Part shown: one piece after another, positions 12,725-24,335 of the stretch
How positions within the stretch are numbered: position 1 is the stretch's first letter
Layout: each line of letters starts with the position of its first letter
DNA from: Macrostomum lignano
Taxonomy: Eukaryota
Direction of reading: 5' to 3'
Length of the DNA: 64,000 nt
Assembly: GCA_002269645.1 (NCBI GenBank)
Contig: NIVC01001063.1
Span: 1-64,000, forward strand
Translations under genes and position numbers: made by a program
Notes under the pieces: generated by a model
Seen by the model: only the letters and a program-made list of their open reading frames with translations
What the model was told of the DNA's origin: nothing
Databases searched by the model: none

Positions 12725-15040
12725 ATGAATTCCGTTCACTTTCAGCTCAAAAGCAACTGCTTCTTTAGTATGCCATCAAAGAAGCAGCGCGCTCGCGAGT
12801 CTTATAAAAAATGGGAGAATAAAAAGCGTTCCGCTGATCTTGAGGGATTCAAAGAGCAGAATCGATTGAGACAAAAAAAGTTCTATTACAAACAAAAAAG
12901 TATCATGGAATCGGACGCAGTAAAAGACCAGAGAAGACGTCAGATTAAGCCTAATTCAAGGAATGATACTAAACAGATTAAGAGCACTGCGAATGAGCGA
13001 TTGAGTCGGTCTGAGGCTGCTAAGCAGCGGGAGATGAGAAAGAAAAAGGAAGAAATTTCGCGTTTGCTTGAACGGTTGAAGAAGGTGGAAGAAGAAAATA
13101 AAAAGCTGAAGCAGCAGAAGCGGCGAAGATCTAAGGCTGCTGTTTCTAGACAAGGTGCCTCTGACGATTCAGATGCCGCCGTCAAGCATATTGTGGATAG
13201 CGTCGTAGCAGTGAAACGAAAGAAGCACATGCAAGGCGTAGTTCGGCGCATTTGTGAGACTGCTGAGACTCCTGGAGTAAGAAAAGAGGTGCTCCGGCGA
13301 TTGCACTGTTCCGGGAAAATTTTGAAGCCGCTTCCACCGCCAAAAGTGAAAAAGTTGCCAATGGCTGTTTCGGATTTTTTGTGTGAGGACCAAAACTCAC
13401 GGGCGACTGCTGGAAGAAAAGAGACCGTGCTCAGAGGGTCGGAAAAGAAGCAGAAACGCTATCTTCTTTACGGAATGCAGATTTTGTACGAAAAATTTCT
13501 GTCTGAACACCCGACTGTAAAATGTAGCAGGGCTTCATTTTACCGTTACAAGCCGCCACATGTGCTTCAACCAAAAGTAGGCAATCGAGAACAGTGCCTG
13601 TGCCCACTGTGCACCAACGTCGACCTTTTGGTTGAAGGAATTTGTAAAGCAAAGCTAATAGATTCAACAGCTGACAAGCATGATCTTCTACGGAAGATTG
13701 TTTGCTCAGACGAGTCGTACAACTGTCTGAACAATATATGCCAGAAGTGCACCCAGCTTTCTCCTATCAAAGCTGGCGCCGCTGCTAATCAGCCAATTGT
13801 TGTGTACGACAAGTGGAAGCGTAGGACTGATGCGAATGGCATGGAGGTTGTAAAGAAAACGATGAACTGTGAGTTTGCCATAGCAAAACTTTTGAAACAT
13901 TTGCGCAAATATGGCGCCCACTTCCTGCGCCTCCGACATCAATTTCGCGCTATTCGTCAGCTGAAGGACAATCTGGGCGAGCACCACCTGGTGCTACACA
14001 TTGATTTTAGCGAAGCGTATGGCGCAAAGTACCACCGCGAGACGCAACCAGCCCATTTTGGAGACCGCGGGCAGGTTACAATTCACCAGGGTGTCGCCTA
14101 CGGGGTGTGTGAACGGCGAGGTGTGTCATTTGCTTCTCTGTCGTTGGACCGCAACAAGAAGGCGGAAGCAATTGTTGCACACCTGCTACCTGTACTGAAG
14201 CACTTTTTATCCGTCTTAGGTGAAGTTGAGCGAGTCACCATCATTTCCGACTCCCCCAGCAGCCAATACCGCAACAGAATGACAATTTTTTTGTTTGATC
14301 GACTGTTGCGGCGAATTGGCATCCATCGCTGGCAGTGGATCTTCACCGAGGCTGGCCACGGCAAGGGTGCCGCTGACGGTGTGGGAGCGGCCATTAAGCG
14401 GCGTTGCGACAACCGGGTGTCTACAGGTGAGCAGAGGCAGGTGGTCACGGTGCAGGACATGATGGAGGCAATGATGATCGGTGGCAGTAATGAAGAGAAA
14501 AAGATTTTGCTTTTCGAGGTTACAACCAGTGACATCGAGGAGTTTGGAAATGTGCTGCAGATGGTGAACCTGTCTACAATGCCGGGCATTGCCAACTGCC
14601 ACCACGTCTGCCGAGTTGATGAAAGCGGCATCTTGTATCGGGAGCTGGTCTGTCTCTGCACAAAAGCTAATGATTACTGTCGGTGCCACAACGCTAGACT
14701 GTGGCAACCGCTGGCTTTGCCACCGATGCCAAGACAGCAGACAGTGCTTTCGGTGAAAGATGCAGCTGGTGCCGCAAGGTGTTCAACTGGCAAGCGTGTC
14801 AGGGGTCAAGAGCGAGGTCGGGGTCATGGTAAGTCGGGGACTGAGGTCGAGCGCTGCAGTTCTACCATCTGTATTCAGCCTGCAAGTTTGAGAATCCAGT
14901 GGATTCAATGCGATGGCTGTGATGCCTGGCATCATTGTGAATGTGCTGGCTTTCCACCAAAGAGCAACCTGCCACAAAACTATTATTGCTCACCTGATTG
15001 CGCCTTCGACCTCACACAGGCTGAGATGAGGGAACTTTGA
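12725..15040 (+). CDS. Sola2-type transposase with C-terminal PHD finger (771 aa)
   Basis: Motifs HIDFSEAY, QPAHF..QVTIH, SDSPSSQYRN and WIFTEAGHGKGAADGVG. Cys cluster CLCPLC..C..C..C..C. C-terminal C-x4-C...WIQCDGCDAWHHCECAG...YYCSPDC (PHD). The start may be the ATG at 12770. Confidence 0.88.
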   Translation: MNSVHFQLKSNCFFSMPSKKQRARESYKKWENKKRSADLEGFKEQNRLRQKKFYYKQKSIMESDAVKDQRRRQIKPNSRNDTKQIKSTANERLSRSEAAKQREMRKKKEEISRLLERLKKVEEENKKLKQQKRRRSKAAVSRQGASDDSDAAVKHIVDSVVAVKRKKHMQGVVRRICETAETPGVRKEVLRRLHCSGKILKPLPPPKVKKLPMAVSDFLCEDQNSRATAGRKETVLRGSEKKQKRYLLYGMQILYEKFLSEHPTVKCSRASFYRYKPPHVLQPKVGNREQCLCPLCTNVDLLVEGICKAKLIDSTADKHDLLRKIVCSDESYNCLNNICQKCTQLSPIKAGAAANQPIVVYDKWKRRTDANGMEVVKKTMNCEFAIAKLLKHLRKYGAHFLRLRHQFRAIRQLKDNLGEHHLVLHIDFSEAYGAKYHRETQPAHFGDRGQVTIHQGVAYGVCERRGVSFASLSLDRNKKAEAIVAHLLPVLKHFLSVLGEVERVTIISDSPSSQYRNRMTIFLFDRLLRRIGIHRWQWIFTEAGHGKGAADGVGAAIKRRCDNRVSTGEQRQVVTVQDMMEAMMIGGSNEEKKILLFEVTTSDIEEFGNVLQMVNLSTMPGIANCHHVCRVDESGILYRELVCLCTKANDYCRCHNARLWQPLALPPMPRQQTVLSVKDAAGAARCSTGKRVRGQERGRGHGKSGTEVERCSSTICIQPASLRIQWIQCDGCDAWHHCECAGFPPKSNLPQNYYCSPDCAFDLTQAEMREL

Positions 15041-18000
15041 ACATGAACGAACTCAACTCACATGGGAATCAATTTTTAGTTTTTAATGCTATCAATATTT
15101 AGCTTTTTTATTACGAGCAAAGCATCGATCCATGACTTAGGTTATAGAAAGTTTTCTTTAGGTGGGTTTGAAAGACACCACTTGGTTTTTAATGAAGACA
15201 CCACACAAAAGTTGAAAACTTTATGCACCACACACTAACTATAATTGGAAAGATCTTAATTAATCTCTACCGGAACTTACTCGGTACCGGCACCGAACTG
15301 GATAACATGCATGGGCGGGGGTGGAGAAAAACGATCTTGGAATCATTTTGACAGCAATGCTATGTACATCAAAGATCAGAACAGACAAGGGGTGAAGAAG
15401 AGAGAGAGAAATTTTCTTCAACCAGTCTGTAGTCAGTCAGTTTGTCCCCCAGTCGGGGCAGTACAGAAGCTCAGCGCTTATGGTCTCACAAAAAACTAAG
15501 TCTAGTATTGGGTTATAGCGATAGATCCCAGTCAGCCGGCCATCTGGTGTGACTACAGCTGACCTCTTTAACCCATGGGGATATGCCATTGCAGTAAGGT
15601 CAAGGTCCACATGCTAAAGCACGCGGCCCCTTAGTGCTTTTACAGATCCATGCTAAGGAAAGTCACGGCTACAAAGAAGCACCCAAAGAAACTCTTATCT
15701 ATCACTTCTATAACAAAAATTTGGGCGTGTAGACATCAAACAGTTCTAAGACCCTACAGTGCTACATGTACAATTTATAAGTCACCCGAGACGACAGGCT
15801 TTACTACGTGAGATGCCCCAAATGCCAAATTCTCACGTTAAAAAACCTAAAACAATGTAGGAGTCAACACACAATACTAAAAAAATAATTTAGAGCATAT
15901 AATGAAAATAGCTACTGTAGTCTTTTAAGCATACAGTGGATCGATTCCTGAATCTCGTGTAGGTCTTTTAAAGGACAGTCATCAAGGCATACAGTGTATT
16001 ATTTATGCAAAAGTAAACTATATTTTCTGAATTATCTTCAAAACCTGACTTCAAATCTGAAGTAAAATAAAGCTCATTATATTAGCTCCATATTAAATAA
16101 GCTAACATTTTTATGTATTTTTGAAGTTTCTAAATATTCAATGCTGTTGAAGCTATGCAAAGCCTTCTCAAAATTTGTTTCGAAGTCCTAATAAGTACTG
16201 GCAAATCAGTGGTTTGTTTCATATTCTTGTATCAAGGAATTGGATTCGAATATGTGCTTCATTTTACAAATGAGATTTTTCCACTGGTGCTTGTTATTTT
16301 TTTCTTTTTAAATTTAGCTTATTGAAACTAAATGGTGAATGGTTGAACTTCAAAGAAAAACAGTTTTTTAATTATTTTCATACAGAAAAATTGTTCTAAT
16401 ATTACAGTAAATCATTTTGTTATTGTTATTGTATTGTTATACCCATTTTAGATTACTTTTATATGCTGTATGTTGTTGCATTATTATCATTGCTTTGATA
16501 AATTTCACAGATGCATGTATTTTTTCCAAATTACTCTAAAACCAAAATAAGGTATGTGATCTTACTTTGCATGCATTTAACCAATCCAACAGCAATTTCA
16601 ATGAAAGATTAAAGTTAGAATAGAAATACCGATATTTACCCTAAACTGCCTTGTTTCTGACTTTCACACTACATGTGCTAGTAAGCTATCAGATAACTTC
16701 TAAATTCTAACATCTCTACCTGGTGAGCTTGCAATTTATGCGCTCCATGAATATTACATACTTTTAGAAATTGAACAGAGTTCGCATTTTAAAGTTACAT
16801 CAAAAACAAATTTAAATGAATTTTCTGAAGAAAACGGAGAAAGAAGTATTCAAAATAATGATGATCTCATTTACATTTTCTGAATTTTTAAGAACTTGAA
16901 GACAAACAAGTTTAACAATAACGATGTCCGAAAAGAACTTTTTTCTTTGAAGTTAAAAACGTGTGGTGTAACTATTTTTTAATAGTAAAACAAAATCAAA
17001 TATGACTATTTAAGTGTGTTTATCTTTGTAACTTAATAAAAAAATAAATAGACAAAATATTACTTTTAGGTGTTTCATATGCATTTTAATTAGATATTGC
17101 AGGACAACAACTTTGTCGTCTATACATCCTTACGGTAAAATAAACAAACACGCTTATTTATTGAATATTCAAGGATTTTGTGGTTTAAAAAACCTATATG
17201 GGTTGTGGTGCCACAAATGAAAATTTTAAAGCCAAAAGAATAATATTTCATGCTTTTTAATTTTTTGTTCATAAATTCAAGCTAAGATTTGAGAACGACC
17301 CAGTAAACCGAATTACCGATACCCATTTGAAAGAGCGCCTAAAGTTTTCTACGAAACTTCGAACGAGCTTTAACGACTAAGGAAGCAAAAAGTATTTAAG
17401 TAGGGAATTAAAAAACAAGCATTGTATGAACTTGATGTATAGCGATTTAATTGATCCCGTAGGTGATAAAAATAAGTATATAGGTATTAATAGGAGATTA
17501 ACAAATTTGTATTAAATATCGTATGTCAGAATATATCAGAGACAATAGTAACTTAATAATTATACAAATGACAAATAGACAGGATCTTAGAAAAAAACAA
17601 TTTTTTTGCCGCAGACAACTTAATTGTGTCACTTACATTTGTTATACTATTTACACCTTATTTACGAGTTGCGGTTTTATAAGAATCAGCTGCTCTCCGG
17701 CCTGGGTTTACTCACTTGCTCCGACTCCCGCCATTGATTGGCTCTATAGTTATACCATAATCTTGTGCGTAGGATTTTTTGTCTTTCTGTTTGCCTTTAG
17801 AACGTAATTTTCTCCATTAAACAGATTTAATCTATCCTATTCTTTGATAGTAAAGCCTATTCCTTTACTTTTTTCAGTCTGGGCTTTCAAGTTTCATTCA
17901 CATTACATTAGCATATTTTTAATTTTATTGATAAATTAGAAACTAGTCAGATCTCTCAGCTCCTTCATAGACTTAATATTATAGTGTTTAGAAAATATTT

Positions 18001-18075
18001 TTCTTATAAATTTAAAAAATATTACCTTAAAATGTGTTTTTATTAGTATGGAGTTATTTTGTCACATTTTGCACA

Positions 18076-18118
18076 ATGGATAATGAAAGAGAACCAACAA
18101 CAGTAAGAAGAATACCAG
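18076..18118 (+). CDS. Candidate first coding exon of the Nova-like gene
   Basis: ATG-initiated MDNEREPTTVRRIP followed by a phase-1 G|GTAAAT donor, which fits the phase-1 acceptor at 20272; no other support. Confidence 0.3.
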
Positions 18119-19079
18119 GTAAATATTTTATTTATTTACTAGTTATTAATATTTACTAGTTATAGTTCTTATAGTATACAAGCTATATGCTCTATATGCA
18201 TAGGTAAGTTCAAATATAGAATCTAAACCTGAGACCATCTACGCTGATCGTAAGCTGATTGAGTCCTGAGAATACTCATAGTAAGCAATGTTTACTATAT
18301 CTAGCTAGAATGGATATTATCAGTTTAGCCATAGAATTAGATTTACTTTGACTAGTAGAAAGTTGAAATATTAAGCACTGCTTAATATCAGTCTTCTCAT
18401 GTTTAAAAAAATCTGTGCTATTCTTATATGCTATTTATTTTTATTTTAAAAGTAATTTTTCATTTTGCTTAATAAGCTTGTATTTATTCAAATTGCCTCT
18501 ATATAAATAGCACAAATCTTAAGGCATCTTATCTGACATGATCTAGACTCTAGCACCTGGGTAATATTAGTTAATATATAGTATTATGTTTTATATTGTA
18601 TGCTCTATTAACTTTTTAGCCTATTAATAATTATCAAACATAAAAATAAAAAAACAAGAAATTAAAAAAAATCTTTTTTTTATTTTAAAAATTTAAACTT
18701 AGCAATTCAGCAGCTGCTATAGCTAAGTTAGAAAATGTTCCTATATCTAGTTTATAGCTTTGACATTTTTTCTTTTCATTTTTTCAATCATTTTACCTAT
18801 AACTATATTTAATCTATAACCATATTTAATAAAAATGATTCAAAGAAGATTTCCAAAGATGATTAAATTTTAGTTGTGGCTTAAAAGTAGCTACGCTTGC
18901 AAATTTTTGGCAAGCAATTGCTTTTTGGATATCTATTTTTTAGTTTTTCATTTTAGTTCCAAGTAAACCTACGTATTGCAAGAGCTAACAAGAGCTAATA
19001 TTATGAAGAAAATAAAAATAATAAAATCATAAAAATAGGAATGAAGAAAATTGAATAAAAACAATGATATATTTTGTTC

Positions 19080-19720
19080 TAACTATTATAGGGCTAATTG
19101 TTCTTTCTTGAAAATTTCAACCATTAAGCCACCAAGTTATGACAGGCATGTTTCTTGTATATTATGAAATCTGATAAACTGCCACCAAAGTTATACAGGG
19201 CTTTCCTTCTGTCTCTTAAATGTTCCATTGCTGCCACCAAGACTACTCTATTGTGAATTTATTTTCCTAGAATAAGTCTGAAAAAAAGTTCTTAGTATAG
19301 GTCTAAGTACTTATCTAAGCATAGGTCTAAGTATTTGTCTGAGAATTCTTCTGAATATTAGTTAACTCTCATAGGTAGTGTTCTTACTGTTATTCTGGTA
19401 GCATTTAATATTATTCTAGTCTGAGTAGTATATATGGTCGACTGGTATATGTACTTTATATATTTCTAGTCTTGGGCATTTACTAGGATCAGAGGGTCAC
19501 AGCCTCCAGTACTTTATATGTACTGTTAGGATCTACTTTGTATTCTTCTACTTAACACTTCTGCTTCTTAGTAGTATATATGGTATGCGCTTCCTTCTAC
19601 TTCACTTCTCTTAGTAAAAGGAATTAACATTGAAAACAGTCTTCAAATACATTTACTCGGAACTCTTCTTTCTTAGTCACTGTTAACTCTTCTCTTAGGA
19701 ACTGTGGTGAATATGAGTTG
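19080..19720 (-). mobile_element. Second, more diverged copy of the PBS-array element (homolog of ~6700-7620)
   Basis: The reverse complement shares GTGACCCTCT, ACATATACCAGT, GCTACCAGAA and GACAGAAG(G/A)AAAGCCCTGT, and has three TTGGTGGC units (19100-19240). Confidence 0.7.
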
Positions 19721-20271
19721 GTCTTTCCTTCGCTGAATTTGTGCTTATTTATACTAAAATTTCAGGTCATTTATAACAAAAAATAATTGCAAAAATATTT
19801 TGAGAAATATGAGTATTAAAACAAATTGTTTTTCTTAGTAACATGCAGACTTTGAAATAGCACAGAAAGTTAGATTTTTGCATACAAATAAATAATAGAA
19901 AGAGGCCTCCCATATACCTAATATTAATATATAAAAAGTGCAAAAACTTTTAGCCAGATAATTTTTAATTCAGAAATATAGCCCCTATGCATTTCTAATT
20001 CTCAAAGTGTACTTTTGCTAGCTAAATTAAAGGCATAAGCCACAAGCTGATTTGGCTAGTTTTGGCTGAATAGTGGCTAGAGATTAAATTTTGTGTATTG
20101 TATTTCATTTACTATAGATATATAAATACATTTTGTACCTGTATTGCTTTTAAATATAGCATTTTTAAAAAATAGGCGATATATGCAAACTGTTGGCTTT
20201 GTATTACTTTAATAACTTAGCATTAATAAATTTTCTCCATGGTCACAGTTAACTCCTGCTTTGCCCCTTAG

Positions 20272-23200
20272 CAGCAGACAATGTGCTGTTCAAGATTCTG
20301 GTGCCATCCATTGCTGCTGGCGCCATCATTGGCAAGGGTGGCGAGGCCATTGCCCAGCTGCAGAAGGAAAAGGGAGCCAAAGTAAAGATGTCCAAGTCCA
20401 ATGACTTTTATCCAGGTGAGACGGATTATAGATTCCTGGAAATTACAGTATTTCACAGTACTTACAGTACTATTTACAGTAAAGTATACTTGGTTAAGCA
20501 ATATGATTGAGCTGTCTAGTTTGGAGCTCGAACTGACGGACTCCATTTATGCTTAATGCAAATCAACTGCCAGGCACTACGGAGCGAGTCTGCCTCATCC
20601 AGGGCACGGTGGACTCCATCATCGCAGTCTGCACCTGCATCATGGAGCAGATTCTGGAGAAGCCGGACCCCAATCCCAAGCTGACTGGGGACGGCAAACT
20701 CAATGTTGAGCGGCACAAACAGGCAAGCAGATTATATTGGCAGATGATTGCTGCCTGATCCTGATACACTCCCGCCTGACTCCCGGGCTGTGTCCTCCAC
20801 CCTCATTGACACCCAGGCTGTGTCCTCCACCCTCATTGACACCCAGGCTGTGTCCTCCACCCTCATTGACACCCAGACTGTGTCCTCCACCCTTTCTGAC
20901 ACCCAGGCTGTGTCCTCCACCCTCATTGACACCCAGGCTGTGTCCTCCACCCTCATTGACACCCAGGCTGTGTCCTCCACCCTCATTGACACCCAGGCTG
21001 TGTCCTCCACCCTCATTGACTCCCAGGCTGTGTCCTCCACCCTCATTGACACCCAAGCTGTGTCCTCCACCCTTATTGACTCTCAGACTGTGTCCTCCAC
21101 CCTCATTGACACCCAGACTGTGTCCTCCACCCTCATTGACACCCAGACTGTGTCCTCCTCCTTTCCTGGCACACATGTCCGCAGCCAGTCTGACCCGCCC
21201 CCCCCCGCACTGCTCCAGCTGAAGATCCTGGTGCCGAACAGCACAGCCGGGATGATCATCGGCAAGAAGGGCGCCTTCATCAAGGAGATCATGGACGCCA
21301 GCGGCGCATTCGTGCAGGTGTCGCAGAAGCCGAAGGACCAGGCCCTGTCGGAGCGCTGCGTCACCGTCGCGGGCGACTCGGAGGCCAACAGGGCGGCCGC
21401 GGCAATGATCGTGGCGAAGATCGCCGAGGACCCGCAGTCGGCCAGTTGTCCGAACATCAGCTACTCGGACATCTCCGGGCCCGTGGCCAGCGCGTACCCC
21501 ACCGGCAGCCCCTACGCGCTGTCTGGCGGCCCCGGCTCGCCGCAGCAGACGGCGGCCCCAACAGGCGGGCGCGGCCTGGCGCAGCAGCTCAGCCTGAGCT
21601 CCTCGCAGAATTCCGCCAGCTCGGCGCAGCAGTTCGCGCAGATCTCGGCCGATGCCCTGCGGGCCTCCCTGCGTCAGAGCGGCTACTCGGAGGCGGCCTC
21701 GGATGAAATCGTGGGCGCCATGGCCACCCTGGCCAACTACGGCTTCTTCAACATGCAGTCGCTGGTGCCCGCGCAGGTCTGAGCACTGCTTGATTGTTTC
21801 GTTTCCGCATTTCATTCTCGCGTCTGCATACCGCTCCCAGATCCCTGCAACCTGAATCAGTCTGCATACCGCTCTCAGATCCCTGCAACCTGAATCAGTC
21901 TGCATACCGCTCTCAGATCCCTGCAACCAGAGTCAGTCTGCATACCGCTCTCAGATCCCTGCAACCTGAATCAGTCTGCATGCCGCGCTCAGATCCCTGC
22001 AACCTGAATCAGTCTGCATGCCGCTCCCAGATCCCTGCAACCTGAATCAGTCTGCATGCCGCTCTCAGATCCCTGCAACCTGAATCAGTCTGCATGCCGC
22101 TCCCAGATCCCTGCAACCTGAATCAGTCTGCATGCCGCTCTCAGATCCCTGCAACCTGAATCAGTCTGCATGCCGCTCTCAGATCCCTGCAACCTGAATC
22201 AGTCTGCATACCGCTCTCAGATCCCTGCAACCTGAATCAGTCTGCATACCGCTCTCAGATCCCTGCAACCAGAGTCAGTCTGCATACCGCTCTCAGATCC
22301 CTGCAACCTGAATCAGTCTGCATGCCGCTCTCAGATCCCTGCAACCTGAATCAGTCTGCATGCCGCTCTCAGATCCCTGCAACCTGAATCAGTCTGCATA
22401 TCGCTCTCAGATCCCTGCAACCTGAATCAGTCTGCATACCGCTCTCAGATCCCTGCAACCTGAATCAGTCTGCATACCGCTCTCAGATCCCTGCAACCAG
22501 AGTCAGTCTGCATACCGCTCTCAGATCCCTGCAACCTGAATCAGTCTGCATGCCGCTCTCAGATCCCTGCAACCTGAATCAGTCTGCATACCGCTCTCAG
22601 ATCCCTGCAACCTGAATCAGTCTGCATACCGCTCTCAGATCCCTGCAACCAGAGTCAGTCTGCATACCGCTCTCAGATCCCTGCAACCTGAATCAGTCTG
22701 CATACCGCGCTCAGATCCCTGCAACCTGAATCAGTCTGCATGCCGCTCTCAGATCCCTGCAACCTGAATCAGTCTGCATACCGCTCTCAGATCCCTGCAA
22801 CCTGAATCAGTCTGCATACCGCTCTCAGATCCCTGTAACCTGAATCAGTCTGCATACCGCTCCCAGATCCCCAACTCCCCAACCCCACCTGACTTTGCCA
22901 GATGCCACTGATTTCTACGCCCTCGACGCCGATGCCGCCCCTGGTGGCCTCGCCGATGAACTCGTACAGCCTGCCGCATGGCTCGCTCTCGGCTCTGCAG
23001 GCGCCGCCGCCGCCTCCACCGATAAACGATGGGGCTGCCGGAGCCGTTGCCGCTTCGAACGATTTCTCCAGCCAGTTGGTGACCCCGGCGGCGGCGGAGG
23101 CGACCCCGGGGCCGCGGCCTTCATCTTCCCCAGCGGCCCGGCCTACGAAAACTACGGAGCCGCTGTTGCCGCCGCGGCTGCCGCAGCCGCTGCCACAGGC

Positions 23201-23898
23201 GGAGTCTACAAGCGGGACGTTGAGGTTCCCGAATCTCTGATTGGTGTCGTCCTCGGGCCCGGTGGCCGCGACATCGCCGAGCTGCAGACCGCCACCCACA
23301 CCTGCATCCAAGTGTCCAAGCGGGGCGACTCGCAGACACAGTCGCGCAACCGTGTTGTGTCCATCACCGGCATGCAGGTGAGAATCCCTGTGTGTGTCCA
23401 TCACCGGCATGCAGGTGAGAATCCCTGTGTGTGTGTCCATCACCGGCATGCAGGTGAGAATCCCTGTGTGTGTGTGTCCATCACCGGCATGCAGGTGAAA
23501 ATCCCTGTTGTGTGTCTGTCACTTGTCAGAATCCCTGTTGGGTAGGTGTCGGTCACCGCTGTGCAGGTAGGAAACCCCGGCAGGTGGGTGTTTCTCACCG
23601 GTTAGAAACACCAATAAGTAGGTGTCCCTCACCGGTTAGAAACACCGGTAAGTGGATGTCCCTCACCGGTTAGAAACACCGGTAAGTGGATGTCCCTCAC
23701 CGGTTAGAAACATCGGTGGGTGGGTTTCCCTCACCTGTGAGAATCCCTGGTATCGCAATGCGCAGTGCGCAGGAATTTCAGCTGCAGGCCCCGCACCCGC
23801 AGGCAAACGTGCTGAAGGCGGAGCGGGTCATTCAGCAGCGCGTCACCCAGGAGGACCAGCGACGGAAGCACCCGAGCGGGGCGTCCCGCCACTCCTGA
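20272..23898 (+). CDS. nova: Nova/Pasilla-like three-KH RNA-binding splicing regulator (5' end incomplete)
   Basis: Exons 20272-20415, 20574-20722, 21219-21776, (22902 or 23072)-23377 and 23803-23898. KH1 [45 protein letters not shown]; KH2 [18 protein letters not shown]; linker ATLANYG; KH3 [26 protein letters not shown]|[14 protein letters not shown]. Confidence 0.92.
20781..21160. repeat. 30-bp tandem repeat in Nova GC-AG intron
   Basis: Unit ACACCCAGGCTGTGTCCTCCACCCTCATTG, about 12.5 copies. Confidence 0.95.
21822..22870. repeat. 38-bp tandem repeat in Nova intron
   Basis: Unit GATCCCTGCAACCTGAATCAGTCTGCATACCGCTCTCA, about 27 copies. Confidence 0.95.
23355..23510. repeat. 37/39/41-bp repeat duplicating the Nova 5' splice site, followed by degenerate TCACCGGTTAGAAACACC repeats to ~23745
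   Basis: GTGTCCATCACCGGCATGCAG|GTGAGAATCCCT x4; donor GTs at 23378, 23415, 23454 and 23495. Confidence 0.9.
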
Positions 23899-24335
23899 GC
23901 TGCCGAGGGCCGTCGAGAGATTGCCGCTTCTAGAAGAGATTTATTAGTTCACTTTTGCCGCTTAGACTCCTGCGCCCGTGTTGCGGTTGGTGTGCTCCCT
24001 CGTCTTGACTCTCATCTTGTCTCGTCTCTCTATTTTGTTCTCTTCTAGCTGTTTTCTCTGAGAAGCCGAGCGTCCAGTGTGCGGATGCTCGCCCGCGCGG
24101 TCTGCCGGAGAAGCGCCGAGCGTTTCAATGCGGGTTCTGCTTGATTTCGGCGTCGCTTTCTGTTAGCAAAACAATTGCCCTGTTTTCCTACCGCTACTGA
24201 CGATTCTGTTGTTTATCATTGTAGCCATCGCTTAGTCTGCTTGTTCTAATTTAGCTTTTGTTTTATTTGACCAATTTTTTATTGCGCCCGAACAGCGGGA
24301 CTGCTAAGTGTTGGGCTGCCAGACTTAGCCGCCTC

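Larger units (their letters stand above)
10975..17301 (+). mobile_element. Sola2-type DNA transposon, structurally intact
   Basis: Perfect 14-bp TIR GGGTCGTTCTCAAA (10975-10988) / TTTGAGAACGACCC (17288-17301); 4-bp TSD AGTA (10971-10974, 17302-17305); GRG termini; uninterrupted transposase ORF. Confidence 0.9.

Noticed and set aside
15300-16000. Second gene or nested LTR inside Sola2
   Set aside because: Only short ORFs, no motifs or terminal repeats identified.
20700-21926. 408-aa minus-strand ORF and other antisense ORFs over Nova
   Set aside because: Shadow frames of GC-rich exons plus repeats.
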